DNA from: Octopus vulgaris | Lineage: Eukaryota | Assembly: GCA_951406725.2 (NCBI GenBank) | Contig: OX597818.1 | Coordinates: 111,166,001 to 111,230,000 of the forward strand | Length of the DNA: 64,000 bases | Direction of reading: 5' to 3' | Shown: positions 26,111 through 38,956 of the stretch, piece after piece | Position numbering within the stretch: position 1 is the first letter of the stretch | Layout of the letters: every line of letters begins with the position of its first letter | Program-made: the position numbers and the translations under genes | Notes under the pieces: model-generated | The model's database searches: none | What the model saw: the letters and a program-made list of their open reading frames with translations, nothing else | Told to the model about the DNA's origin: nothing

Positions 26111-26498
26111 TTAAACGTAGTCAAATGCCTGTCTATGAATGTATGTTAGAGAGAGAGTGGGGAGAGAGGCAAGACAGAGAGAGAGACAAGCAGAGAATGA
26201 GAGAGAGTGAGAGACAGAAGGAAAGAAAGCGAGACAGAGAGAGCGAAGGCGCGACTGTGTCCCTGAAAGAGCTGTATTAATGATACCACCCCACTCCCAC
26301 TCTATAGTTATCACTTACCACTTACACAACTCTGCTTCTACTTGTGATATCCGTTACACACTCATTAGGCCACCACCATTGCCCTTACTTAGATCTAACT
26401 TAAATATGTTTCGGCAAGTATAGGCCCAGGCCAGGTCTAACTTAATAATAGCACCACTAACATCTTGCCCAACCTACCCTTCAATTTTCAAAATTATA

Positions 26499-26556
<58 letters not shown>

Positions 26557-26664
26557 ACCGACCAGACCATCAGATGTTACACATCGCTGGTCACAATGCG
26601 TTCGCATTGTTTTAGCCTTCGAATGACGCCATCCCGCTGGCTAAGCGAGTAGGCCAATATATAT

Positions 26665-26888
26665 ATACAAAATTTAGAGGATTGACCACTAAAAGTGGAC
26701 AGCCTGCATACTAGAAATAGACGTCAAAATCGCCATTTTCCACGGAGAATGCGTTCTCAAGAAAAAATTCAGCAAAAAAACCGAATTTTTTCTTGAGAAC
26801 ACATTCTCCGTGGAAAATGGCGATTTTGACGTCTATTTCTAGTATACAGGCTGTCCACTTTTAGTGGTCAATCCTCTAAAGTTTGTAT
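26665..26888. repeat. Long inverted repeat, 106-bp arms, 12-bp spacer
   Basis: atacaaaatttagaggattgaccact...gaaaaaattc / gaattttttc...ctctaaagtttgtat, about 3 mismatches. Confidence 0.92.
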
Positions 26889-26997
26889 GTAAAAAAATTT
26901 TAATCTTCGGATTTTTTTAAATATACTAAAGCACTGGTTTTAATTAGTTAATATCAATTTCTACCCTTATTTAATTATATATATATATATATATTAC

Positions 26998-27590
26998 ACT
27001 CTTTTACTTGTTTCAGTCATTTGACTGCGGCCATGCTGGAGCTCCGTTCTTAGCCGAAGAAATCGACCCCAGGACTTATTTTTGCAAGCCTAGTACTTAT
27101 TCTATCGGACTCTTTTGCCAAACCGCTAAGTTACGGTGATTTAAACACACCAGCATTGGTTGTCAAGTGATGTTAGGGGAGGGGGAAAAACACACACACA
27201 CACATATATATACATATACACCAGTGGTTTCCAACCAGGGTTCCGCGGCACTTTCGGGTTCCGCCAGTACAGTCCAGGGGTTCCGCAAGAAGTTACAAAA
27301 TTGCTAAAATCGACAGTAATTTTTAATTCTCCTGTGCATAAGACAATTAAATTATTGCACAGGGGTTCCTCGAGCCAGTGGAATGTTTCCTTAGGGTTCC
27401 GCTTCAGCAAAAAGTTTGAAAAGCACTGATATACACGACAGGCTTCTTTCAGTTTCCGTCTACCAAGCCACTCACAAGGCTTTGGTCGGCCGAGGCTATT
27501 GTAGAAGACACTTGCCGAAGGTGCCTCGCAGTGGGACTGAACCCGGAACTATGTGGTTGGTAAGGAAGCTACTTACCACACAGCCACCCT
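26998..27590 (-). mobile_element. tRNA-derived SINE, second family (also ~6310-6690, 14560, 18105, 42600, 62970)
   Basis: On the minus strand: gtggctgtgtggtaag (A-box-like), ggttcagtccc (B-box-like), ccttcggcaagtg core, microsatellite middle. Confidence 0.8.
27222..27428. mobile_element. hAT MITE nested in a SINE
   Basis: CAGTG...CACTG termini, 8-bp TSD atatacac. Confidence 0.85.
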
Positions 27591-30500
27591 TGCACCATAA
27601 AATGACAACAAAAGAATGAACAAGACCTTGATATTATGGAAATAATGGAATTTATAAAAAGTGCTTTTGTCTTAATAACTGATGAGATGTCGAGTAGCTT
27701 TTAACTCCAGCATCCGGAACAGAGCATTATTATGACAACTGATTGTCCTATATTATACATACATACATACATACACGCACACACACATACATACATATAC
27801 AGCAATAAGAAAATGGAGGGGATCAAGAGGTGGTATTCATCAACTTTTAGACATTATATTATGTCTATTTATTTATTTAAAAAAACAATTATAACAATAT
27901 ACATATGTGTCTAACAGATTATGCTTTACATATATAATATATAAAAATACCAGTAATTATTAAAATATATAACTTAGAGCATAGAAAGTAGGATACGTTC
28001 TACTGATAGTTTTCCTTAATTGATCAATAGACCAGTTGAGTAAACCTATCAGTAATGTACCTATAATGACTGCTGGAAACAGCTGTAAGCCAAATTTTGC
28101 TCTAATAAAGGAATTATATGTAATGGCCATCTTTTGTAACTTGTTTCTGATATCTCACTCTGAAATAATTGTGTATAGTGCTCAGGTGCACTATATGTGT
28201 GTGTATGTGTGTGTGTGTGCATGTGACTGTCTTTTTCACTGTTCTGCTACAAATAAACATTAAAAAAATTTTATATGGAACTTACTGAACATATAGTTTT
28301 ACTTTCTCAGGATTAATACCAATCAGTAAATATGTATTTCTTCTTAGTTGAAATTTACAGAAAAACAATAGACGAAGACAGGTGTATAAACAACAAGCAG
28401 GTGTGTTAGTTTAATGCTCAGGAAGGTGAGAAAGTATTTTATGTTTCGAGCCTATGCTCTTCAACAGAAAGGAATACGAAGAAATAAACAGAGAGAATAA
28501 AAAAAAACTTGTATATTTAGTGGTCAATCATGGCAACTGGTTGGAGAAAAGTAGTTGGACAGGAGTGCAGCTTAACTCGATTGGAGGTCAGGGAATTTAA
28601 ATTACAATTATTATTTTTTCTTTTGCTTATATCCCAGCAATGGCCCACATGTGATACTTCCCTATCATCAAACCATAAAATGTGTTTATCGGGAGAAAAA
28701 ATTGAAAGACATCAAAGCATGTGAAAGTGATAAAGAAACAAGTAAGGTGTTCATGGGATATACTAGAAACAACAGTCAAATCTCCCTTGAATCACATACT
28801 TTTTCATCTGAACATATATATATATATATATTTGCAAAAAGGTTTCTCCCATGGTTTTTTAGCATGCTTTGCCCAAAACATTAGCTGGAGGGTGGTACTA
28901 TATAATTTCGAAGGCTGTGGTGAAAAATAAAATTGAAAAAATCCCCACCAAGACTAAAAAAATCCAATTGATGTGAGTGTCCTGATTAAAAAAAAAAATG
29001 GTAAATTTCCATTTTTCTGGAATTTATGAAGAAATAAAGCCAACTTGCATGAATTTTATGAAACTTCTCTCCCTACCCTCAAAAAAAAATTTCATAACAA
29101 ATTCTGATATACATTATTTGTCCTCAATGATGGCTATTTGTCCTCATCTTGTTTGTTGTTAACGTTTCAGCTGATATACCCTCCAGCCTTCATTAGGTGT
29201 CATGGGGAAATTTTGAACCTGGGTTCTCATTCCTAAGGTATTTTCAATGTTGATGTTGTTATTATTATTATTATTATTATTATTCAGGTCACTGCCTAGA
29301 TTCAAACTTGGAATCTTGGGGTTAGTAGCCCACACTCTTAACCACTACACCATATGTCCGTGGGCAATTTTGAGGTGAATTTTAGGGCTTATAAATCAAA
29401 TATTTTCCTATCCTTCCTTAATACCGATTCCCTTATGCTATTCATATCTGCACTTGGTCTGCTTAGGGATTTACACAATCTGAAGTGTGAACATAAAAAA
29501 AAATATTCTGGGAGTTATGAGGAAACAAATTTGTGAAGGTATGCCTAAAAAAATAGACATTTTTCTGAAAGTTATGAGGAAACAAAACTGGCTTGTGTAA
29601 ATTCTCCAAGTCTCCTCTCCCCTCACTCTGAACAAAATTTTCACATTATATTTCCTTTAGGGGGCTAATACAGAATCACACCTCTCCTGGAAAAATGCAT
29701 TAAAAAAATTTTTTTTTTTTTCGGATTCTTACATTTTAGATGTTGGATATTACAAATATGCAAAGTAATTTTTTTTTTATTTCATTCTCCACACTGACAC
29801 AATTTAAAATTTTTAAACTTTTTTCAAAATTTTTTCCCCCTATATTTTAGATGACGGGGGATTCTGAATACACAAGAAACCATGTTTTCAAGATTTTAAA
29901 TTCAATAAGCATATAGATATATATAGCTATGAATGTCTTCCTGGGGCTAAAAACAATAGTAACACCATCTTCTATAGGACCGCCACATTTAGTTGACAAA
30001 AAGAAATGTATGGTTGAAAAAGTTCAAAATTTAAAATTGGGAGAGGGGGTGGAATTTGAGCCCCTCATTTAATTTTTATAGCATTAATTATTAAAAACAT
30101 TAATGTTTGTTTCTCATAAAATGGCGTATATTTAATTTACATTCAATTATCATTTATGATTACTTATAGCAAACACAAATAAAATGCAAATTCTTTTCAC
30201 TTAAATGCTTTTGTCTATATTTAATTTTGATTTGCATATGTTCATCAATCTGTTTAAAGTAAACAAAATCAAAATTTTTAATTGGGGGGAACAGGTGGTG
30301 GAGTTGCTGGTGGGTGGGGTAGGGGTGAAATAAAATTTTATTTTTGCATATTCATAATCTCTGACATCTAAAATGTAGAAGTTCAAGAAGATTTTGCATG
30401 GAACATAAGTGGGGGGGGGGGGGATTTAAGAAAATTCACAAGATCCGATTTTTTTTCACTGGTAACTTTAAGGAAAATGGATATCTTTTAATGAAATTAT

Positions 30501-31723
30501 ATATATATTCCTTTCCATGCATTACGGATGCCTAATAATGCCGCAAACCCCTTATTTTTGGTTGGGAAAATGAAGGGTGGGGCCGAATTACTAGAAAAAG
30601 CTTTTTTCTTTTTTTTCAATGACTGAATTACGGTGACCTAATCTGCAATCTGGGATTAATATATCCAGTGAATTTTTAAGAGATATATAAAAGATATTTT
30701 GTTTTAATATTCTTTTCTACTCTAGGCACAAGGCCCAAAATTTTTGGAGAGGAGGCCAGTCGATTAGATCGATCCCAGTACGCACTGGTACTTAATTTAT
30801 CGAACCCGAAAGGATGGAATGCAAAGTCGACCTTGGCCGAATTTGAACTCAGAATGTAAAGACAGACGAAATACTAAGCAAGCACGGCATGCTAACGTTT
30901 CTGCCAGCTCACCACCATTCTTTTTCGTTAGCCCAGCGGGTGAACTGCTTAGCGGTATTTCGTCTGCCGCTACGTTCTGAGTTCAAATTCCGCTGGGGTC
31001 GACTTTGCCTTTCATCCTTTCGGGATCGATTAAATAAGTACCAGTTACGCACTGGGGTCGATATAATCGACTTAATCCCTTTGTCTGTTCTTTTTTCTCC
31101 TCTCTGTGTTTAGCCCCTTGCGGGTAGTAAAGAAATAGGTATTTCGTCTGCCATTACGTTCTGAGTTCGAATTCCGCCGAGGTCGACTTTGCGTTTCATC
31201 CTTTCGGGGTCGATGAAATTAAATAAGTACCAGCTATACACTAGAGTCGATGTAATCGACTTAATCCCATTGTCTGTCCTTGTTTGTCCCCTCTATGTTT
31301 AGCCCCCTGTGGGCAATAACAAAATATTATAACTTCATATGTTTACGGACATACAACTTATTTAGGACATTCGAAAATTTATGGATTGAAATCCATGAAA
31401 TGACTAAAATATTTCTAAGTAAATTTCTTGTCTTCCACACAAATCATATTTAATACCAAAATAAAAAGTCTTTTCCAACCCCATCCATTCCCTTCTCCCT
31501 TAAATTTATCGTAAAAGTTTATAATATCGTTCAAACTTTCTTCACTTCCTGGTTCCCTCGACACAAATACTTTCAAACAAAACTTGGTAAACTACAGAAA
31601 TTAGAGACAACTTTATACTACAGAAATGTAGCTATATATAAACTTGTAAAATTAGATTATCATGTAATTTCCAATATTATTATCAATATTAATAACATAA
31701 TTAAGCGATCAAAACACTCTTAC

Positions 31724-31990
31724 CTTCCACTCAACTGAAGCTGACGGAATCAATGGCGGAACTGTACTTCGCTGACACCGGTTAATGGCAGTTACAACGA
31801 TAAAATTTCGCTTTCAGTTTTAAATTTCGTTCCCCGCACCTTGTTTATGTTGATATAATACTTCGTTTACCTAAGTCGGGTTCAATTTGTTAATTCTTAA
31901 GAGAAAATATTCAGTTAGTATGAAAAAATTGGCTTTGATTTTAATTTGAACAATAGCAGAGTTTTTTTTTTTAGCAGACGACAATACCAG
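31724..31990 (-). promoter_or_regulatory. Second candidate non-coding first exon/promoter of the multi-UBA gene
   Basis: Locally CpG-rich unique sequence with a strong GAAG|gtaaga donor at 31723; no ATG in the adjacent ~135 nt; AGCAGACGA motif at about 31973. Confidence 0.45.
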
Positions 31991-32487
31991 CCATGAATTT
32001 CGTTGGGAAGTTGTCGAGTTTAATAATGAAATTATTGTAAACAGTGCTCAGGTGCACCACAAGCAAGTTTATTTGTGGAGCAACAAATTACTTGACCTAC
32101 TGATTCTCAAACTGACAAAAGCCACTAAAAGATACTAATGAAATTCTCTACTTTGCCACACCTCCTTATTAATGAGAAAACAAAAACAGAGTTTGCCAAC
32201 ATATAATTCTATCTTCGCCTTCTTGGACGATTAAAAAAAAAGATCAAATTATCTCTGATAGATGTTGTTGACTTTCTTCCAACAACTTTAAATTTTCATC
32301 AGATTGTTTTTCAAAAAATGAAGTTCTAATGTAGTTTAATGAATGCGATTTTCGTAACCAGCATGCAAAACTACAACAGAATTACATTCTTGGTATCGTT
32401 TCGATTACTTTCACAAATTTGGAAATTTTAAAATAAAGAGACCATTTTCACATTTGCTATATTGATGTAATTTTTCACACTGAATCC

Positions 32488-32640
32488 GAGCGAAGGTAAA
32501 GAATACGTACACCATCCGTATTCGGCGTTTAGGGTTAGAGTTAGGTCAGGTTTAGGGCTAGGGTTAGGGTTACGTTTAGGGTTAGGGTTAAATTGGGGTT
32601 ACACCGAAAATGGGTGGTGTGTGTGTTCTTTACCTCCACC
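32488..32640. mobile_element. MITE with internal (TTAGGG)n-like repeats
   Basis: ~40-bp imperfect TIRs; 7-8-bp TSD (c)tgaatcc; centre tttagggttagagttaggtcagggtttagggctagggttaggg. Confidence 0.75.
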
Positions 32641-33691
32641 TGAATCCAAATTTTGGATTCATTTATTCAAAGGAATTTGTAGAAGACGCCATATCCTATT
32701 TCTTTACTGCCCACATGGGGCTACATACAGAGGGGACAAACAAGGACAGACAAACGGATTAAGTTGATTATATCGACCCCAGTGCGTAACTGGTACTTAT
32801 TTAATCGACCCCGAAAGGATGAAAGGCAAAGTCGACCCCGGCGGAATTTGAACTCAGAACGTAACCGCAGACGGAATACCTATTTCTTTACTACCCACAA
32901 GGGGCTAAACACAGAGGGGACAAACAAGGACAGACAAATGGATTAAGTCGATTACATCGATCCCAGTACATAACTGGTACTTAATTTATCAACCCCGAAA
33001 GGATGAAAGGCAAAATTGACCTCAGAGGAATTTGAACTCAGAACGTAACAGCAGACGAAATATGGCTACGCATTTCGCCCAGCGTGCTAACGATTCTGCC
33101 AGCTCGCCCCCTTGTCTCGTTATTGAACATGGCAATTTGTCTGTCCCCCTTTCAAATCAACACAGGGCCAGTTCCATTTTTGTCATAAGAAACACTGACA
33201 AAATGAATTGTTTGTAGCCTTTACTGGTCTCCACTTCTTTCTACTCACCGAATCTCTCTCTAGTGTAATATTTAGATAGGAACCCAGAAGAGATTTAATT
33301 ACAATACATGTAAATGTTCTTATATTAAGTGGCGTTCATTTTCGTTGTCTTATTAATAGGCAATAATTGTGTAATGCTGATTAAATATTCGTGCTTAAAC
33401 TTCTATAATTTAAAATATTTAATTTAGTGAAAAGAAATATATTTTACAAGAAAGAAAACGAGAGAAAAACAACGCAGCACTAAGTGCTTCCGTTGGTGTC
33501 TTATTTGTTGTTTAACCGTCGGCCAGTCATGAAAGAGCGGACCAAACAGTGTATCATGGTGATACAGGTTATAATTGAGAAATTGAATGACTAACTGCTC
33601 GCTCATAAGCTACCTCTGCGCAGTCATCTTTGTCATTAACAGAGATGTCAAATAACGACGTGACAGGGTTACCAATTTTCTGCTATTTCCA

Positions 33692-33694
<3 letters not shown>

Positions 33695-33760
<66 letters not shown>

Positions 33761-36540
33761 TGTGTACAGTGCTCAGGTGCACTACAACTCATCTAAAGTG
33801 TATATATAATCAGGTGTAGTTTCGACGGATTTCGGGAAGCATGAGGGCCTTAAAGGATGCAGTGTCATGGCAGTCAACAACTGATGCAGGCAGTTTATTC
33901 CACGCTTCAGCAACCCTGAGCGTGAAAAAATGTTTCCGAAAGTCATGGGAGCTGTGCTGTTTTCTGACTTTGTAGGCATGTCCACGTGTGTTAGACACAT
34001 GGAGATCAAAAAGGTGTTCAGTGTTATTGTTGGTGAGGTGGTTGATAACCTTGTGGGTGTTTACCAAGTCCGTCGCCAGACGCCGGAGCTTCAGTGAATC
34101 CATGCCCAGGGAAACAAAGCGCTCAGAATATGGTAGGTGTCTGATGGAGGGTATGCGTTTGGTTGCACGTCTCTGGACAGATTCCAGGAGGTCAATGTTC
34201 TGAGCAAGATAGGGATTCCAAACTGATGATGCGAATTCCAAGTGTGGTCGTACCATAGCTGTATACAGTTTTAAATAGATGGCTGGAGAGCGGCTAACAA
34301 AAGTCTTGCTGAGTGATGCCAAGACACCCTCGGCCTTCTTGACAATTTTAGAGATATGCTTTGTCCAACGCAAATCACTGCTGACAGTGATGCCTAGGTC
34401 ACGCTCGCAAGAGGATTTCTTGATATCAGTGTTGTGGAGGGAGTATGTGGACGCAGGGTTTTTTCTCCCAAAATGCATGGTGGTACACTTGTCCACAGCC
34501 AGTTTCAGTTGCCAGTCTGTGATCCATTGCTGCATTGTGTCTAGGTCTGATTGCAGGAAAGAGTTGTAGACATCAGGATCAGTCCTCTTGATTTCAAGGT
34601 ACAGCTTGATGTCGTCTGCATATTTCAATACTGTGGCATTCTTTAAATTGGCATCTATGTCATTAATGTATGCCACAAACAGGAGGGGACCAAGGACAGA
34701 TCCCTGTGGTACACCCGATGACATCTCATATGGTGTAGAGTGCTGTCCTAGAACTGTGACTACCTCCTTTCGGCTGAGGATGAAGGATTTCAACCAGTTA
34801 AAAAGGTCATCCCCCACACCCATTGCAGAGAGTTTCACCATAAGCCTTTTGTGTGGCACAGAGTTGAAAGCCTTAGCAAAGTCAAGGTAGACAACATCCA
34901 CCCATGAGCCACTGTCAGTGATCTGAGTAATGTCCTCAAGGAACTCGACAAGCTGGTCACTGCAGCTGGAGTTAGGGACAAATCCATATTGTGAGGGTCG
35001 GATGAGACTGTGAGAGCTCCAGAAGTTCCAGAGTGTTTCTCTGACACACGATTCCATCAGTTTTGCAATACAGCTAGTGAGACTGACTGGGCGATAGTTG
35101 ACAGGTGATGTGCGGTCACCCTTTTTGAACAGAGGAATGACACTGGCAGTTTTCCACTGCTCCGGAGTAGCACCATTGTTGAGACAGTACTGGAAGAAAA
35201 TAGAAATGGTGTAAAAGGAAGTGCCTGCCACGTTTGAGAAGCAGGTATGTAACTCCATCGAGACCAGGGGAGGCATAGTTGCGCTTATTTTGAAGGTGAC
35301 GTCGCAGCATTGCAGGTGTAAATTCCATAGTTGTTATGGAGTTTGCTGTTAGTGATGGTGAAGATGGTACATTTTGACTTTCGACAGTGAATATGTTTGC
35401 ATAGCACACAGCAATGAGTTCTGCGCATTCCTTGGGGTCGTCAGTGATCTGGTTCGTGTGAGGGTTGCGAAGAGGGCTCACTGGAGAGTGAGGTCTCTGC
35501 TTTGAATGCACATATTTCCAGAAAACCTTGCTGTCAGGATTGGCTGTTATGCACTGTTCAAATTCAAGCACTGCATTTTTTGTCACTTGCTTGAGATGGT
35601 TGGAGGATTTATTCCGCTTCTTCCTGTTGGTGTCTGATTTATGCAACTTGTATTCCTGTTCAGCAGTCCGACGTTCCTTCCTGGCAAGTCGGACCGCTGA
35701 AGTTTCCCAAATTGCCCTTTTGGGGCTGTTCTTCTTTTTTTGTTTACGTGGCACTGATGCTGCACATGCTGCCCATATTGAGTCCAGGATACTCTGGAGT
35801 ATAGTATTCACATCTCCAGAGTTGTAGAATTCACGCCAGTTTGGGTGCTGTAGTTCAGTGTGGTACAGGTTCCAATCTGCTCTCTTCCAATCGAAGGAAG
35901 CAGATTGGAGATGGTTCAGGTGTTTGTTGCCCGCAAGAGCCAGATTGGCGATGATCATAGCATGATCAGAGTCACCTAGAGGTTCCTCCGTAGTGCAATT
36001 GATAACCGCTTCAGGAGTTGTGGTGAAGAGCAGGTCCAAGGTGTTGTCGCCTCTTGTTGGAGAGGTGACTACTTGTGACCAGTTTGAGTCCAGCACAAGC
36101 TCAACAAAATCGTTTGCACTCTGTGGCCAACGGAAAGTTTCCCAATCGATCTCAGGATGATTGAAATCGCCTGCAATAAACACATAAGTGGCTGTTTTCC
36201 TGGCTGCAGCTCGGAGGATGTTGCAAAGCTGTGTGTCCTGATGGTAATTTAGGGGACGATAAACAACGCCAAGCAGGAGTGTTGACATGGTCATATGTAC
36301 GTCACAGAAAAAAACTTCTTCTTGTGATTCGTTCAAATCGGCACAAGGAATTACCAAAAAATTTGAACGAACGTAGACCATCACACCACCACCACGGCGG
36401 TTAGTGCAGTCCTTACGGAAGAGGTTGTACCCCGTGATGTTGAAAACCCCATCACAGAGTAAGGAATGCGCCCATGTTTCCGTGACAGTGATGAAGTCAG
36501 GGTCAACACTTCTGACGTAGGCGTTGAATGTAGGGCCTTT
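33695..36540 (-). mobile_element. CR1-clade LINE with near-intact ORF2 (APE endonuclease plus RT), one frameshift, (TTA)n tail
   Basis: EN: VTETW, GGGV, VYRP, AGDFN, TLDL, SDH; RT: YRPVSLTS, LDFAKAF, PQGSVLGP, YADD, ERDLG; frame switch near 35205; no ORF1 seen. Confidence 0.95.
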
Positions 36541-36986
36541 CTTTTTTTTCATTATTTTCAGTGTGAAAATCATCGAGTTACACGCCTACCTAATTTCACT
36601 GCTTTAAATTGTTTATGTTGTGCTGAGACAAATCACTTCGAATGCACACTCAGCATTTACTATTATAAGGTACAGAGCAGCTTGCTGGCCATTTTTTTCT
36701 GTTTTATGAGGGTATTTTTTTTACCGGGTCTAAGATATTTTCACAGCTATTCTCCCGCGTTCCAGATTTCCTTAATTTCTAAAATAAAGATAACAACTCA
36801 CAACGCTTCGATGTGTGTGTGTCTGTGTGTGTATGTGTGTGTGTCTGTCTGTCTCATTGCTGTCATTGTTCAGTTTATTTCAAGATTTCTTGCCAATACT
36901 GAAAGAGCTGGCTTCTAACCAAGATCCAAGGCTCCCTCATTGGAATTTCAATATCAACAGGATATTTTTGTATGTATGTATGTATG

Positions 36987-37017
<31 letters not shown>

Positions 37018-37149
37018 GTATGTATGTATGTATGTATGTATGTATGTATGTGTGCGTGTGTGTATGTATGTATGTGTGTGTATGTGTGTGCGTGTGTGTG
37101 TGTATGTATGTATGCATGCATGTATGTGTGTGTGTGTATGTATGTATGT

Positions 37150-38956
37150 ATGTATTCTCATGCATATACTCACATGTCTAGACATGTGAGTATATATTTA
37201 AATGTTACACTTCTGGAAAGTTTTACAGATTTTTATAGTTCCAATGATAGATTGAATCTGTAGTCTTCGAATTAGCTTTCTCCTTTCTAGTTTTGAGAAG
37301 CCTAATTTCTCAAGATTAGTATTTAGGCAGTGTGTTACGTATCCCAGGGCCTCAATAATTACAGGTATTATCCTGATCTTGTAATCTTGATAGAGTAACT
37401 GCAGATTTCTCAATAGTTTAGCGTAGGTGTTCTCTTTTCCACTGATCTTCAGCTTTATATTAACATCCACTGGGCAGCTAGTTTCCACAACTCTAGACAG
37501 TTTCCTTTCTCTATCCCAAATCATTATATTGGTCAGTTGTACTTAAATTTTATTGAGGTCATCATTGGTACAGTCCACCAGTATTCCTTTTTATTATGAC
37601 TGGCTATGGCTTCTACCATATTGTGGTTTCTTATTTCTTTGTCCTCGGGATTATCCTTCCAAGGGATTTCATTATAGAGTGTCCTAGCTACAGCATCATG
37701 TCTCATCTGTAGATAATATTGTGATGACATTTTGAGACAATTGTTTATGATGCGGGTGATATTTTCAGTGTGAACTCCACAAAGTCTGCATCGGTTGTCA
37801 CATTTTACAGCTTTTCTCGCATCTCTATCCCTTTTGTGCATCAGGTACTTGCTTGATATTTCCTGTTCCTGGATTGCAAACGCATACCCTTCAAAGTGGG
37901 AGGTAGTAATCCAGTTATTCATACATGATAACCTGCTTTGATGATCAATCTTACTATCACCACAGAGATTTCTAGTAACATAACCATGCATAGTCTTCTG
38001 CTCATATAGGTTCATCCTTTCCTCTGATGATACGTTGCAGTAGAGTCGTGTGACTTCTTTGGGCATGTATTCTAGGTTATTAGACAAAGAGTGTTGCTCA
38101 AGGAGCTGCCTTCCAAGTCTTATGATGTTATCAGCCTCATGTATGCAAACTTGGTCAAGGGATGCACTTCGACACTTGGTGGTTAAAAGATGTTGCCGAA
38201 GGGATGTGATGCGACATTCAAAGGCATTTTGGATCGATGTTAAGCTTCTACTGCCTTGTTTTCATTTTAGGTAGAGGCAGTCTACGTCACTGTTTATGTG
38301 GAAATTATGTGTGCTTGTTAGTATTTTTTGGGTTTTCACATCAATGGCTCGGATCTCATCAAGCGTCCCAACAAGCAGCTGAAATGTTGTATGAATACTG
38401 GCATTGCAAACACATTATGAGCCATTGTTTTATTGAATACAGAGAGTTCTGAGGTCCAAATTTTCTTTATTCAGCTGGAATATTCTTTAGTGACATGTGT
38501 TTGCTACAGGTGCCATTGTAAGATATGTTTTCATCCACCCCTAGATACCTGTAACATTCCTCATCAGATATAGGGGAAACAGTCAAATCATTGATGGAGA
38601 TGTTGCTAGTCTGGTTTATTGTTTTCCCCCTTTTCACAACCATAAAACAACATTTATCATGACCAAACTCCAACCCTACATCCTTTGAAAATATTGTAAC
38701 CAGGTCAAGGCTTTTTTTCATCTCGTGCACATTCTTTGCAAAACGTTTCAAGTCATCCACAAAGAAACAGTAATTTTGGTATTTCTGTTTCCTTGTGAAC
38801 CAGTGAGATACCCTTCAGACTCCCTTAACATGAATGACAAGGGGTTTACAGAAAGTATAAACAGCATTTGTGATATTGTATTCTATTAGTGATAATACAG
38901 TCACTCTTTGTATTTAATTTCAAGATGGTGGCCCACAGTGAAATGGTTTTGACTTT
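37150..38956 (-). mobile_element. 5'-truncated R4/Dong-like RLE non-LTR retrotransposon (defective)
   Basis: RT DDLK and YRYLG; CCHC-type CRLCG...RHDAVA; PD-type RLE segment IWDRERK...VETSCP...KENTY; flanked by (TATG)n on both sides. Confidence 0.82.

Noticed and set aside
32529-32600. Telomere or chromosome fusion site
   Set aside because: The repeat is short, degenerate and bounded by TIRs and a TSD, so it is MITE-internal
35116-35276. Programmed ribosomal frameshift between the two LINE ORFs
   Set aside because: EN and RT are normally one ORF in CR1 elements; a single indel or sequencing error is the simpler explanation
36815-37263. Several 70-124-aa ORFs rich in Y/V/C/M or H/T/Y/I
   Set aside because: These are translations of (TATG)n/(TG)n microsatellite
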